Shown: piece after piece, positions 14,101 through 29,100 of the stretch
Numbering within the stretch: position 1 is the stretch's first letter
How the letters are laid out: each line of letters begins with the position of its first letter
From: Antedon mediterranea
Taxonomy: Eukaryota; Animalia; Echinodermata
Direction of reading: 5' to 3'
NCBI RefSeq assembly: GCF_964355755.1
Contig: NC_092673.1
Location: 3,472,001 to 3,536,000 of the forward strand
DNA: 64,000 nucleotides
Translations under genes and position numbers: made by a program
The notes under the pieces: generated by a model
The model's database searches: none
What the model saw: only the letters and a program-made list of their open reading frames with translations
What the model was told of the DNA's origin: nothing

Positions 14101-17100
14101 ATTCTTATACGTAAGTTTTTATTTTAATATAATTGTTAGAGATTCCATTCCTACTGTATAGGGCACATAACAATACAACGTACGGTAGTTATCTATGCAT
14201 TAAAAAATATCAGTTATTAAATATGATAATTCAAAGGTAGGTACTGCATAGAGAAACTCTATCAATTAATTTATAAATAAACGGTGAAGATGATGAAACC
14301 TGATTGATTGATTGATTGAAATATATATTTATACTGGGTAACCTCAGTCAATGATTGGTCTCCCAGAGGGCCCAGTTGGTGATCAGTGGCTGTGATGTAC
14401 TAATACACCGGGGTAACCCCCTAGATGTGTACACTGGACCTACGGTTTATAGTCCTTATCCGAGAAGACTCGTTCTACCACCAGAACCATGGAGTGAGTG
14501 AGCCTCGAACCCCTGCCGATGTTATGGCTAGGTAATTACGGTTCCACTGTCTTAACCGCTCGGCCACTCACTCACTCTGTCACCCTGTAAGTAAAGTAAG
14601 AATGAGAAGAAGCCAACTAAGATTCGAATATCAGTTAATCAAAGGTACAGAGAAAATAAACGGTGAAGATGATGAAACCTGTGAGAATGAGAAAAAGCCA
14701 CTAAAACTGAGATTCGAACCCGGAATTTTCTGCTTTATATGACAGACATCATACCATTAAATATGTTGTTATAATAATATCATTTTCATATCATTTAATA
14801 GGGTATATGCAAATAAATTTATAGCATAAATTATGTTTCAACTATTGAAAATATAAAAGATACACACATTTTAGTGGTACTGTAGGTTGGCGCTTAACTT
14901 TCTTCTTACAGTATTCTAACAGACCTGGGTTCAAATCCAAAAGTGCTCTAGGAATCATGATTTTTTTTTTTTTAAATTGTGAGTTTTTTTAGGAGAGAGC
15001 GCAATATAAACTTGTATAAACTTGTTTTCACTGCAAATATATATTATACTATACTGTACGCTTACATTAATATAATAAGTTAATAATAAGTTGTTTCTTT
15101 GAAATATATTAAATGAATGAATGATTAACAGATCTAGATTTGTGTGGAATCATTTCTGCTCTAGTAAGCTTGTTTTTCATCTTATGATAATTCATAAAGA
15201 TGTTTCTTGAAGGCATATATTAATTATGTCTTGAAAACCTGACAGCTTATGACATGTCCAATATCGTCAGAAACAGTTTTTTTTTATTAGTTTGCCTAAT
15301 CTTAAATTTCAGAATCAATGTTTATTTAAAAAACAGGTGATATTTAATGAAGAGATAATAGAAAATGGATTGACTTGGTTTAATTATCAGTTCTTGTCAT
15401 ATCAAGTTTTAAGTAAAGTACTAATATAATTTGGTTTTAGTACATTATTCATATTTAAGGGTTTAATTTTTGTAAAATAAAGATTAATAAAATTAGACTC
15501 CAAATAGGCCATTTTGCAGTAGGTATTTTTTGCTTTAAATCATATTTTTTCAAGAAAATAATTTTTTTTTAAATTTAGTTTTTGCTTTATTCATATTTAT
15601 TCATTCCTTATTAATTAAAGTTGTAAAAAACATGAAAAATAAAGATTAATAAAATCAGACTTTAAATATGCCATTTTGCAATTTTAATAAAGTTATTCAC
15701 TTCTGTAGAAAAAAAATTAACAAAAACAATTATTTCACTTATCAAAAAAACAGAAGAAACAGTTAATTTTAACCAAAAACCATTGTCTGACACTGACAGA
15801 CAAATTATGTATTTTTTGCTTTAAAGTGCATTTTTTTCATAATATCATCATAATAATTTTTTTTTATCCAGTTTTTGGTCAAAGTGAATAACTATTATGT
15901 AACATTAAAATGGCATATTCAACAACAACAAATGTAAACAATTATTTATTTAGGACAATACATCTTTAAGTATTATAGTTGTAACATTCCTTTTTAATTA
16001 AATTAATTAAATGATTAATTAATAATGCTTGAATTTGATTAATTAAATTAGCCATGCGAATAAAGCTATTGAAGCTCAATTCAAATCACTGATAATGAGT
16101 TCACAAGAAACTTACTTACTACTAGCCTTAGAAGATTATGATAATTACAGTTTTGTATTATCTTTTTATATATATTATAAGCAAGCAATGCACTTGGAAT
16201 GGAAACACATTTATACTATGTATATCATCTGTTTTACACATATGTTTAATGTAAAGACCAATTTACACAGACGAGCAGTAAAACAGTAATAACAAATATG
16301 TTAATAGAGAGGTTTCGCAATCTTACGAATACGATAACGGATACGTCACGCACACGTATTCGTTTTCGTAAGCCATAAAAAAATCTGTTTCGCATGGCAA
16401 CGAAATATTGAGGCGCGTCCAAAATATGACTGCGGTAAATTTCAGCGAAGCGCAGGTACGTGGTGCTTGGCTGCCTAGGCCTAGCGTAACATCAAAGCAA
16501 GTGAGGACTTTAAAAACTGCTATTTATCAAAATTGACTTGGCATTTTAGTAAATTACTTTAGTAAATTACTTTCAATAAATCTATAATTATATTATAATC
16601 ATGAATCATTCCTGATTCAAATGCAAAATGTGCAAAATAGATCAAAAACTATACTCGTTTTGTAGTTACGAATATGACTGGTGATATTCGTCAACACGAA
16701 TACGCTTTACGAATATGAAATGGGATCAGCTCAAAAGTTTCACAAATGTATGACGTATCCGTTTTTGTAAGGTTGCGAAACCTCCCTAATATTCCTTATG
16801 ACCATTTACACAGAACACAGAGCAGACGGCCGGTTTCCATTCAGGAAAGATACATACTCTACGTGGGACAAGTTTTCCGATTACCGTTACCGCTTGACTG
16901 TGTAAATTGGCCTTAATCCTCCTTTCTTGTATATTCATTAGGAAAAAACAGAACAAAAAAATGTTAAAGCCTATAATAGTACCGTTATTACCTGATCAAA
17001 CTTCTAACAAATCTACAACTCAAAACTACTACTACAAACTTACTATAGATGTGGTCATCATGGCCGCCTGTGTCTTCTTACCAGCACTCTTACCCAGAGA

Positions 17101-20100
17101 TGTAGAGAAAGAATTTAGCTTTCGTCGTATCTTTTGCGGGGTACTAGCAATAGTTAAGTCGTTATGTAAGTTGTATGAGTAGACTTCAAGATGAAATGCA
17201 AAGTCGTGAGAGATATTTTCACTAAAAGAAGAAGAATTATTTCATAAAGTTAAAACAAATAGATACAGTACTGTATAATAAGCAATTAAGTGTAACACAG
17301 AAAGCTGTTAGTGGAAAATATTCCTGGGGTACAAGAAAAACTTTGAAAGCACTAATGCCTCCTGAAAGTTATCCTGGAGCATTAGTGTATTCATTTCTAG
17401 ATGTTATAACTGTAGTAAAATATGTTATTAAAAACAATAATTCTATTAATTTTATGTCAGTAATCATGTTCTACAATACATGCTATATGTAAGCACGGGT
17501 TAAAGTTTGCAGTACGTCTAACAGTAACTATGTACAGTAGCTATATTTGGATTTTATGTATGTATGTGATTAAGCAAACTTCAAACAAACTTAATTTTGA
17601 TAAATAAAACTTTCAGAATAGTAATAACATTAATCATTGTTAACCTCTGTACTACACTAGTACCAAACTACTGTATTTTGACAACAAAATTGTTATTTAT
17701 GTAATATCATGTCCATATATGGGCACATCACATTTTTTTGTCACATAAAGTTTGATAGTGTAGACAGAACTTTAACCTTGTTATTGTTAAACAATTTTTA
17801 TCAAAATCACTAAAGTAACAACAAAGCGATAGTAATTACAGTAAGTTAATAACCTTAATTATGGTAAAGTCAGAACCAATTTAGATTGTATCTGTGGAAA
17901 CGTGACATAAATACGTTTTATTGTTGTCACAACTTTCAATAAGTGCCTTTAACTTACTTTTGTTGTTGTTCAATAACAATAACAATAAATTTAATTGAAG
18001 CAAGCAGAATAGCATAATTGAAACTGCCTCGTCATTTTAAGTTATTTAAAGAAAATGTTCTAAAAAAGGAAAATTGTTATATTTTGATCTGCTGAAGATT
18101 AGCAGGTGGAAGTATAGTATAGTTACTGTAAGGTTTGTTGACCGTTGCTGCGTTCCACTTAACTGACCATTAAGGAATTACGAGCATTGGACTGTAATGC
18201 CCTCTATTTTATATATTTGTATTTGGTTGAAAAAAATAGCCTAAATTTGTTAATTATTAGAGTACTAAGCACTGAGTGAATGTGGGTTACACCCACAATA
18301 GAGAAAAAGTTTACAGCCTCAATTTAAATTCTTAAGCTCTGTCTACACTACTATACTAGTTTGACAAAAAAAGTGTGATGTGTCCAAATATGGTATTGAT
18401 ATGCCCAAATATGGTATTGATTTGATCATCATCATGTCCATATATTTTTTTGTCACATAAAGTTTGATAGTGTAAACAGAGCTTAAATTTACTCCCCTGC
18501 CCTAAGGTGTTTGTACTACTGTAACTACAGTATATACATGGTCAATGCAATAAACAACACTTAGTTAAAGACAGAATTCAAAGATAGTAAATCAGTCTGT
18601 AATATTAAAGTCAATATATAATTTATGGAGCATTAGACTACTGTACAATACAGCAGGATAAATCAATGAAACTGCAAAGAATACCGCTAAGCTGCACTAT
18701 CTTTTAACTAATGCTATGTCATTTATAAACTTAATGAAATCTAAGTTGAATATCTTATTGTACATAATTATAAAATCATATTTATATCACTTTCATACAA
18801 ATAGAGAAAGAGAACTGAATACTAAATGGGAGAAAATCTTATTTTAGTATGATTTTCCATTTTGTATTGTTTGTTGTATGGAATTTTTATTCTGAAATAA
18901 AGTGATAAATCAAGCACTTAGCACTTACTACAGAATATGGTACTCAGCACAGTCAACAACACCAATGAGTCAACAACACCAATGAGTCAACAACACCAAT
19001 GAGTCAACAACACCATTGAGTCAACAACACCATTGAGTCAACAACACCATTGAGTCAACAACACCAATGAGTCAACAACACCATTGAGTCAACAACACCA
19101 ATGAGTCAACAACACCAATGAGTCAACAACACCAATGAGTCAACAACACCATTGAGTCAACAACACCAATGAGTCAACAACACCATTGAGTTACCAACAC
19201 CATTGAGTCAACAACACCAATGAGTCAACAACACCATTGAGTTACCAACACCATTGAGTTACCAACACCAATGAGTCAACAACACCAATGAGTCAACAAC
19301 ACCATTGAGTCACCAACACCAATGAGTCAACAACACCATTGAGTCAACAACACCAATGAGTCAACAACACCAATGAGTCAACAACACCAATGAGTCAACA
19401 ACACCAATGAGTCAACAACACCATTGAGTCAACAACACCAATGAGTCAACAACACCAATGAGTCAACAACACCATTGAGTCAACAACACCAATGAGTCAA
19501 CAACACCATTGAGTTACCAACACCATTGAGTCAACAACACCAATGAGTCAACAACACCAATGAGTTACCAACACCAATGAGTCAACAACACCATTGAGTT
19601 ACCAACACCAATGAGTCAACAACACCATTGAGTCAACAACACCAATGAGTCAACAACACCAATGAGTCAACAACACCAATGAGTCAACAACACCATTGAG
19701 TCAACAACACCATTGAGTCAACAACACCAATGAGTCAACAACACCATTGAGTTACCAACACCATTGAGTTACCAACACCAATGAGTCAACAACACCATTG
19801 AGTTACCAACACCAATGAGTCAACAACACCATTGAGTCAACAACACCAATGAGTCAACAACACCAATGAGTCAACAACACCATTGAGTCAACAACACCAA
19901 TGAGTCAACAACACCATTGAGTCAACAACACCAATGAGTCAACAACACCATTGAGTCAACAACACCATTGAGTTACCAACACCAATGAGTCAACAACACC
20001 AATGAGTCAACAACACCATTGAGTCAACAACACCAATGAGTCAACAACACCATTGAGTTACCAACACCATTGAGTCAACAACACCATTGAGTCAACAACA

Positions 20101-23100
20101 CCAATGAGTCAACAACACCATTGAGTCAACAACACCAATGAGTCAACAACACCATTGAGTTACCAACACCATTGAGTCAACAACACCAATGAGTCAACAA
20201 CACCATTGAGTTACCAACACCATTGAGTCAACAACACCAATGAGTCAACAACACCATTGAGTTACCAACACCATTGAGTCAACAACACCAATGAGTCAAC
20301 AACACCATTGAGTTACCAACACCAATGAGTCAACAACACCAATGAGTCAACAACACCATTTAGTTACCAACACCAATGAGTCAACAACACCAATGAGTCA
20401 ACAACACCATTGAGTTACCAACACCAATGAGTCAACAACACCATTGAGTTACCAACACCATTGAGTTACCAACACCAATGAGTCAACAACACCATTGAGT
20501 TACCAACACCAATGAGTCAACAACACCAATGAGTCAACAACACCATTGAGTTACCAACACCATTGAGTTACCACATTTTCAGAATTCTACAGTACATTGG
20601 TAAAAAATTATCTGGTATTCAGAGACTCGTTTCGGGAGAGTTGATATTCATGGAAAGAAATTGAAATTTCTTATATATTGAATTTTGTGTGTTAGTCCAA
20701 CATAAAAGGTACTGTACTGCATTTACTGTTGAAATGACAGATTATATTTTCTGTCAAACTGTGTCATTATTAAAAAGTAATCAAATCGGAACTTTTGACA
20801 AAACTATTGAATTAAATCAACTGTGTAATATTGTATAGATATTAATTGAAGCTTAACAGGCAGTGAAAATATTGCAAGGTTGTTGTTGACAATGGCTAGA
20901 ATATTTGAAAAGTAAAATAGCTAGTCATGTGTATGAAAATGATTGCATTTATTAGGTTAAACACAATCTGACATTTCGAATCAGTCAGGATTTTTATCTC
21001 ATTCTTAGGATTTTCTTTATAATCAAGGTTAGTTCAGTATGATTTATAAGACAGTTTTAAGGGTAGAATATTTTGTTTCCTGGTGTTTGTTATATTTTTC
21101 TATGTTTTGGATTGAAATTCTGACTCATCGGCAGAGTTCGAGGCTCACTCCCTCCATGATTCTGGTCACTGGTAGAACAAGTCTTCTTGAATAAGGACTA
21201 TAAACCGTAGGTCCAGTGTACACATCTGGCTCATGTGCACTTTAAAGAATCTAGTACAGTACTGTACATCTTTTGAGACGAGTAGGGGTTTACCCCGGTG
21301 TATTAGTACACACACATCCACTGAACATAACTAGGCCCCTCTGGGAGACCAGTCTTTGACTGAAGAGGTAAATAGATAACAAATTCAACGTGAACAACAT
21401 TGGGTACAGTAATAACGATTCTAATATTGAATTTTAGCCCAGTACATGTATATACTGAATTTCACAAACCAAGGCTTAAAATTATCTGAACAAATTTGCT
21501 TATATTTGACTGAAAGAATTTATGATGACTTTGCAAAAGAAAAAAAAAAGTTCTGTCATTAACAATTTGTATTTATTACGATTCATTACTTAGATCTAAA
21601 CATATTCAACATCAAATGCATTTATTACTGTAGTATATATTCTAATATCTGACGTTCTCTCAATTGACATAAATAAGAAAAAGACAGGACATTAAGAGAA
21701 ACATAAATTTAATGTTCTCTAGCTAACACTTAGCTACACTCTTAACAGCAGTTAGACGAGAAATTTAAATGACAGACCGTAAGTGCTTATATATATATAT
21801 ATTTCTTACAACTTTTTGCATTTTAAATGTTATTTGTGCATGAAAACATAGTAGTTTATATTGTTGGTTTATTCTTACTGTTTGTTGAGTACTGACACTA
21901 TTTGCTCTCCAGCATATTTAACAATATTTTATGTGGTAGTTCTTATATAATTATAAATAATTAATGTTTATGAGTTGAATGGAAAATATTTCATTAGTTG
22001 AAAAATTGACTGCTCTAATTACCAAGGCGGAGCCGATTTAAATAGAGCATTTAATTTTTCAATGAATGAAATATTCTATTCCATTCAACGAATACAAAAC
22101 ATTAATTATTTGTTTTATAACACACCTACTATTATAAGTTATCCATCGTAAATCATTGACGAATGCTAGGCCTGGAAGCCAGCCCATTAAAAAGGGCAGT
22201 GCTACAACGAGGAGTACAAAAGTTATAGACGGTGAGCACAGCAAGTTGATTTTCGAGCGTGATCAGTCAACAACGTCGTATGGCAAAAATTCTCAAAATG
22301 TTTATAAAGTGATATATTGACTATAGTTAATTCACAGAGTTAAAGAAAGATCGAAAATAATGACATTTTTTATCCATCAATATTTTGATTTGTAACTCCT
22401 GATAAAATCAAATTCTTTGATTATGTTCTGGAACATTATTTTCGTTTTACGATTCACATAAAATGTTTAGGATTAATGGTTTTCAAATGATATTAACTAA
22501 AGGAGTATGGAAATTAAAGGAATTCATTGGCATAAAAGTATAAAATGAGAAATCGGTGAGGTACATTTAGCAACATTCTGGACATCAAACAATACTTGTT
22601 CATCATTAATATCATCTAAGGTGTATTTCAGAAATTGCGAATTTAAACATAAACAGTTTTTGTTGTGTGAAAAAAAGTATTGACCGGATAGGATTTGAAC
22701 CCAGGATCCTGGTATTTAAGGAATCTTAACCTTCAACTCTACTTGATCACAGAATGTCTTTCTCCTAGGCCTGGCTTTGAATGGCAACATCGGAAACTAG
22801 GGATTATCTCTAGCCATATAAGCTTGTCAAGGCTTGACCGAAGACTTACTTTACTACATGCTTCGCAACATTTAGAATTTCTGTGAGCAATTTCAAAGAT
22901 TATATTACAATCTTAACCAGAGTCATGTGCAGTTGAAATCTTTTATTGAATGAATCAATAATAATAATTTCTATTTTTCTTCTTTCAGTCGACCGTACTT
23001 CAGACAAACAAATATAATAAAACATGTCGGACATAAACAGCAACGGATCACTTCAATGTACTATTTGTTGCGATGAGAACATTCTACCGGAAAAACTACA

Positions 23101-26100
23101 AACGTTAGATTGTAACCACACGCTATGTCAGGAATGTATCGGCGACATTACTGCAAAAAACAACGAGAAACTGATTCTTTGCCCAGAATGCAACCAAGTC
23201 AACTTTTTGCCATCGATCAAAACGCCTAGTTGTCTATGTGTTGAAAAACCGGATTTTTACATGCACACGACAAGGCCTAAGAGTCCGCTGTCGAGTCCAA
23301 AACGGTCACGGAGCCCTATCAGTTTGCACTCTCCAACCATAGGCAGAATGATTAACCCAGGTCAGCAAATTCTCTACTCTCAGGTTAAGGAATTACGCAA
23401 AGATTTAAAAAACACAGCCCGACAAGAGAATTCAAGCGCGCACAAAACAGAGAAGCATTATGGAAAGGTTAAAGGTCAGATTGAGGCGCAATTCAATGAG
23501 ATTGTTGAAACCTTAACAACAAGAAAAAAAGACGTCATAGGTAAGTCGTTTAATCTTTTAATCAAAAGAAATTCTACAATTAATTTTCTATTTTAGCATT
23601 GGTCAATAGAGAATAAACAGACTGATATCCACAATGATACGACTTCCTCTAATAAAAATTGACAATGGAAAAATAATCCACTATATACCTACAGTAATAT
23701 CAATATTAAAAATATCAATATTAAAAATATCAATATTAAAAATAGTCGCATAAATAAGAATTAATTGGTAAATGATATTAATAGGAATGAATTCATATTT
23801 AAGGTTATTGTGGCTAATACAGTAGACAAGCATTGTTTTATACATGATGTGTAATAATAAGATTACACATTAGGAATTTAATATAGAGTAGAAACCCTAT
23901 TAAGGGGACACCGTCGCGAAAATAACACAGTTTTCAGTTAATAAGAGTTCCCTTAAAATAGGCATTTCATTTAGAAGGGGAAGGTGGATGAAAAACACAT
24001 TCACTAAACCTCTGTCTACACTATCAAACTAGTTTAACAAAAAAAGTGTGATGTGCCCAAATATGGTAGTGATATGACATTATGTCCATATATATGAGCA
24101 CATCACATTTTTTGTCACATAAAGTTTGATAGTATAGACAAAGCTTTAGAAATGATAGCATTCTTCCTTTAATGTTACCGTATTGCGTTTTTTTCAACAC
24201 ATGATAATTTTTAAATATTGAAAAATTTTAAACCCTCAGCATCACTCAATTTGGAGTTAAACAAAGAACGATCAAAGCGTGACAAATCACGAGCCAAAAT
24301 ACAACGACATCTTCGGTTCTGGACAAAGTTTGAGGGTGAGCTGAAAACATCAAAACAGTATTCTGAACCCGAGATAGATGCCATGACAATAAAGTGTACA
24401 AATCTACAAAAGGAACTACAACTATCTGCCGAGCAAGCCACAGTACAAACACGACGTATGACCTTTGATTCAGCTAAGGTCGATGACCTTAAATTATTAG
24501 CATCCAATTTTGGTAGATTGATGAATGTTGATGTAGATATTTAAAACTTATTTTATATTACTGTATATTTCAGTATGCTTTACCATACCCATAAAGGCCA
24601 CGTGCAGGCAAAACATTTCTACCGCATCCAATATAAATTATCAATTTATATTTTGATTTATGTTTCATTTTTTAAAATGTTGTTGGTGTTATGAGGTTTT
24701 ATTTTTAAAAAAGCACTTTAATTAATAATTAGGAGGCATTAAAAAATGTATGAAAAAAATGTCATTACTGTAGATGACTATTAAATAGGTATTTTAACTT
24801 GAATATTACATTTTGTTGTGTTTTTATTAACTTCATATATTTATTTTCAAGGTATATTACAAAGTATCCACCATAAACTCACATAACTTTATTTGTGTTA
24901 TGGGCTTGTACTGTAAGTATCTAACTAATGAAAAATCAAGTCAGAGTGGTTTTCATGCCAAATTCTGTATTTAAGAAATTCATGTTTTTTTCATCACATT
25001 TATCACATTAAGTTTGATAGTGTGGATAGAGCTTAACAAATGTAATTCCTTGCATCAGGTGATAACATATCAGCTTATTGTACGAATCTACTATCATGTG
25101 TTTATGAACCAATCTAGATACTAATATCTCCTCTCCTATTTTAATAACAGATAATGGATTGAGTGGACTCTTAATATAAAGCCAGTCATTAATTAATAAG
25201 TTAATTGCGAGCAAGGTGGTGCTTTGAATAGGTCACTGAACTTGTAACATCTATTGAATTGTTACAAAGGTTAGACTTAGACACCGCTCATTATGAATAC
25301 CATAACTCACCCAATTTCAGTTAGCTACCAAATTATGTTGCAGTGTACTTTTTATATAAAAAAATAAAACTTGTTGCATTAGATTACAGTTTAGATTTCA
25401 GAGACTATTGTATTGAATGAAATGGTTGAAATGTGAATATAATTTATTATTTATAACTATTATTTCTTTTACTATTGTTTACACATTGTTGACTTCCCTG
25501 TATTTTTTCACCGGTTTTAACAAAACTAAAGTCATTTTAGGGTGTTATATCAATAGACAGGAACAATCACTTTCAATAATGTAGAGGGCAGTATACAAAT
25601 TAAATGAATACTGAAGAAATGTACTCAACAATTAATTTATGTTGAAGAAGAAGTATATTTCTTTTATGTAAAATATAACTAATTTAATATGTTTTTCTGA
25701 GGATTAATTGTAAAAGTATTTTTAGAAGATTAGAATTATTTGTGAATATTACTAAAAATTGTATTTGTTTAGCACACTTTGCAGTACACAAATAAAGTAA
25801 CTGCTAGATTTAATATAATATTTTGATATTTTTTTCACAATCAACCTATTTTATTTATAAGTTTTATAATTAAGTTTTATAGTAAAATAGTATTAAACTT
25901 ATTTCATTACCTATAATAATGTTTCTCATCTCTTGTTTATTTCAATGGGTTGTCAATCAATCACAGGTAATGTTGAAAACAAATAATATAAAAAAAACAA
26001 ACCAAGTTAAGACATCATCAAACAAAGTAAATGACATCATCAAAACTACTTACAAAGTAATGACATCATCAAAACTGATATCAGTTGACTGGCGATCAAC

Positions 26101-29100
26101 ATTTGTCACCATTTCCGTGTCATAAATCTCAGTTCCAATCTTCAGTAAACAGAAAACGGCATATCTATTGTGGTCTGAAATTAAGATAATAAATAATGTG
26201 AGTTTAGGAGTTCATCCAAAAAAAAAAAGGATTTTTACGATCAGTTGAAAAACAGTTAAAGTCTATCAAACCCGATTAAAAAAAATGTTGACCTCTCCTT
26301 TGAAATCTGCATTGTTATACACATCAACATTTGGTCTTGATATTTAAGCCAATTCAAAAATCTTCAGATGGGATTAGTATGGCATGGTAACTAAAAAAAA
26401 TCATGGACTCGGAAATGATATGAGCAGTGGACCAAGGCAACTATTTTAACTATCTGTATACACCTGAGATCTTGGCACTAACATCATAAATATTAGGAGA
26501 TAATAATGATACACTTTTGCCTAGAGCGACTCCAATATAATTTGACCTACACCAAATAGGAAGAAAATTCTGAAATGGAATTTCCATCCCCGGAAGACCT
26601 ATTTAGTAATACTAGCCCTCAAAATGTTTTTTTTTCCTCCCACATATTTTGATAATTTGAGAGCCAAATACCTTTTATAGTGCATAACAAGTGTCTCTTG
26701 AAAATGCAAATAGTTATGTACAGTAGTTATGTTGGTGGGTCACCCAGAGCAACAGGTACTGTACTACTATACCCCTTTCACACCAAAAATAAAACTCCAG
26801 AGACACTCCGGAGTTGACGCCCCAGTGTGTAGTGTGAAAGTAAAATCAAACAACTCCTGAGTTCAAAACACTGGGGTTTAACAGCTAAACGTTCTCCAGT
26901 GGCCAAACTGCAGAGACACACCAAGATGGTTGGTGTGAAAGGTAACAACATCAAACTCGGATATTTTAGGTCAAAAGGTCATTCTCACAGGATCAATCAA
27001 TGCTTTAGTTTTACAAAAATATATAGCGTGTACAAAATATATAGCGGGTATAAAAAATAATAAATAGTATAATAAAGCATTATGTGACTTCTGAAATCTT
27101 CTGAGTCTTTTGAAATAATGATTAAATTAAAAATATATTATCAATTAAATGATTCTAATGATCGTCGTTATGTAAACAAACAAAATAGAGGGAGGTATTT
27201 ACGATTTTATTTAAAAAAAACGATGTTATTAGATGTGAATGAGGGTCTCTCCAGAGTTTCTCAACATTTTGAATGGTCACAAAGAGTTTGCTGTGAAAGG
27301 GGTATTAATTCATACGATACTTGGACAAGATAATTTTAATACTGTACAGTATAGATTTATTTTTAACTCTTCCATCTTAATTTTCATATACAGTACTACC
27401 CTAAGTTATCTAAAATCATAAAAATGTATTTCCGGTATTTTCATAGATTCTATTTTTGATTCATGAAATATTCAATTTCATGTGGTTGTTTAGGATAATG
27501 TAATTTTAAATTCTCATGAAATCTGAGATATGGCAAATTTTTACATTCATTTAAACCCAATTTCAAGCTGTAATATTTATAATTTGATAAATTATAAATT
27601 AACCCTCTTGTTATTGGCGATTTTTTTTTTTTTGCTGTTGGTTGGGTTTCGAAATAAATAAAAAATAAATATTTGTATGTGGTCTCTAATATGTATCCAG
27701 AATTATACAAATTTATGTACAAATACAAGACAAAAATGCATTATTTTTATTTATTCCAAAAAATGTTGAAAAAAGATAAACAAACCTCCTTTATTCATTA
27801 TATGGTCCTCCTCCTTCCAGACAATAGGTATCCGAAGATCTACAAAAAAAAAGTAACATTTTAATTTATTGAAAGTTGATCACTAATTAAGGTCATTAAT
27901 AACACATTACAGCATGGAGTTGCTGTATAAAATTGTTATAACTGTACCTCTATGATTACAGTGTTTAAGTATTGACACAAAGAAAAACCTCACACAACAA
28001 AATCTGAACAAAGTTACCTATAATCACATTGTATCGTACTAACTACCATACTGTACAATACAGTCAGTTTAAAGCTCTGTTTACACTATCAAACTAGTTT
28101 GACAAAAAAAGTGTGATGGTAGTGATATGCTCAAATATGATGGTGATATGACATCATCATGTCAATATGTTATGGGCACATCACATTTTTTTGTCACATA
28201 AAATTTGATTTCAAGCATTGTTATTATTAATAAAGTGCCACTGATTATATATACATATATATGTAATTAAAACTACCCTACTAGGGGTTCACTGTAAGTG
28301 TATACAACATTTGCTATAGAACAACATTTATCCAATTTGTGCTACCAAGACAATTTCCTCACCGCAGCAGAAAAATGCCCGAAAACATATTTACATCATA
28401 ATCTATGTATGGATGTGTAGAGTATAGTACCATTTAAGTACATGGGCTTAACCCACCGTCCTTTGCACTCCCATTATGTTAATTGAACTAAGTAGCATAA
28501 TCCTAAGATGGTCGTAATGTACATGGACATCACGTAAACAGAATTTTTTCGAGAAGGAAGTTGATTTTCAGCCCGATTTCGGACGTGCTAGGCGATAGCT
28601 GCAAGGCTGAATTTCAAAATAAATTACCAGCATAGATAACATTTCAATTTAGATTAAATGCAGAGCTAAAATTTCCAAATATTTAATTAAATTCTGAATC
28701 TATGTGTTATGGATGTGACAAAAAGGCATTGAGACACATTGTAATGTATTTTACACAAATACTTTGTTTGAGAATGAGAGTTTCTGGTTATAGTTATGGC
28801 CACAATTAGTTACTATTCACAAAAGGGTGAATACTGCTATTTTGGATATAGGCGAAGTATTATTTAATACTGGAGGTCACCATCTTCATATCCAGCAAAT
28901 GACTGAATTTGAAAAAAATATCAAAGCTGGCCCTCATACAGTATACCATGGATCATTGAACTTGATGGTTCATTAAAAAAGTTGGTGATCATATTCATTA
29001 TGATAATTGTTAGGATTGAGGAAAATGTCATTGACATGAATGTGAAGAAACCAAACATAAATCAACGAGATTGATACCACTATCATTGTCACAAATGTGA

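Noticed and set aside
18951-20573. Possible CRISPR array or coding repeat
   Set aside because: Units are contiguous with no unique spacers, no cas genes are present, the context is eukaryotic, and the 17-bp period gives no ORF.
28550-29060. Possibly decayed transposase-like coding sequence
   Set aside because: Multiple stops and no diagnostic motif identifiable without a search.
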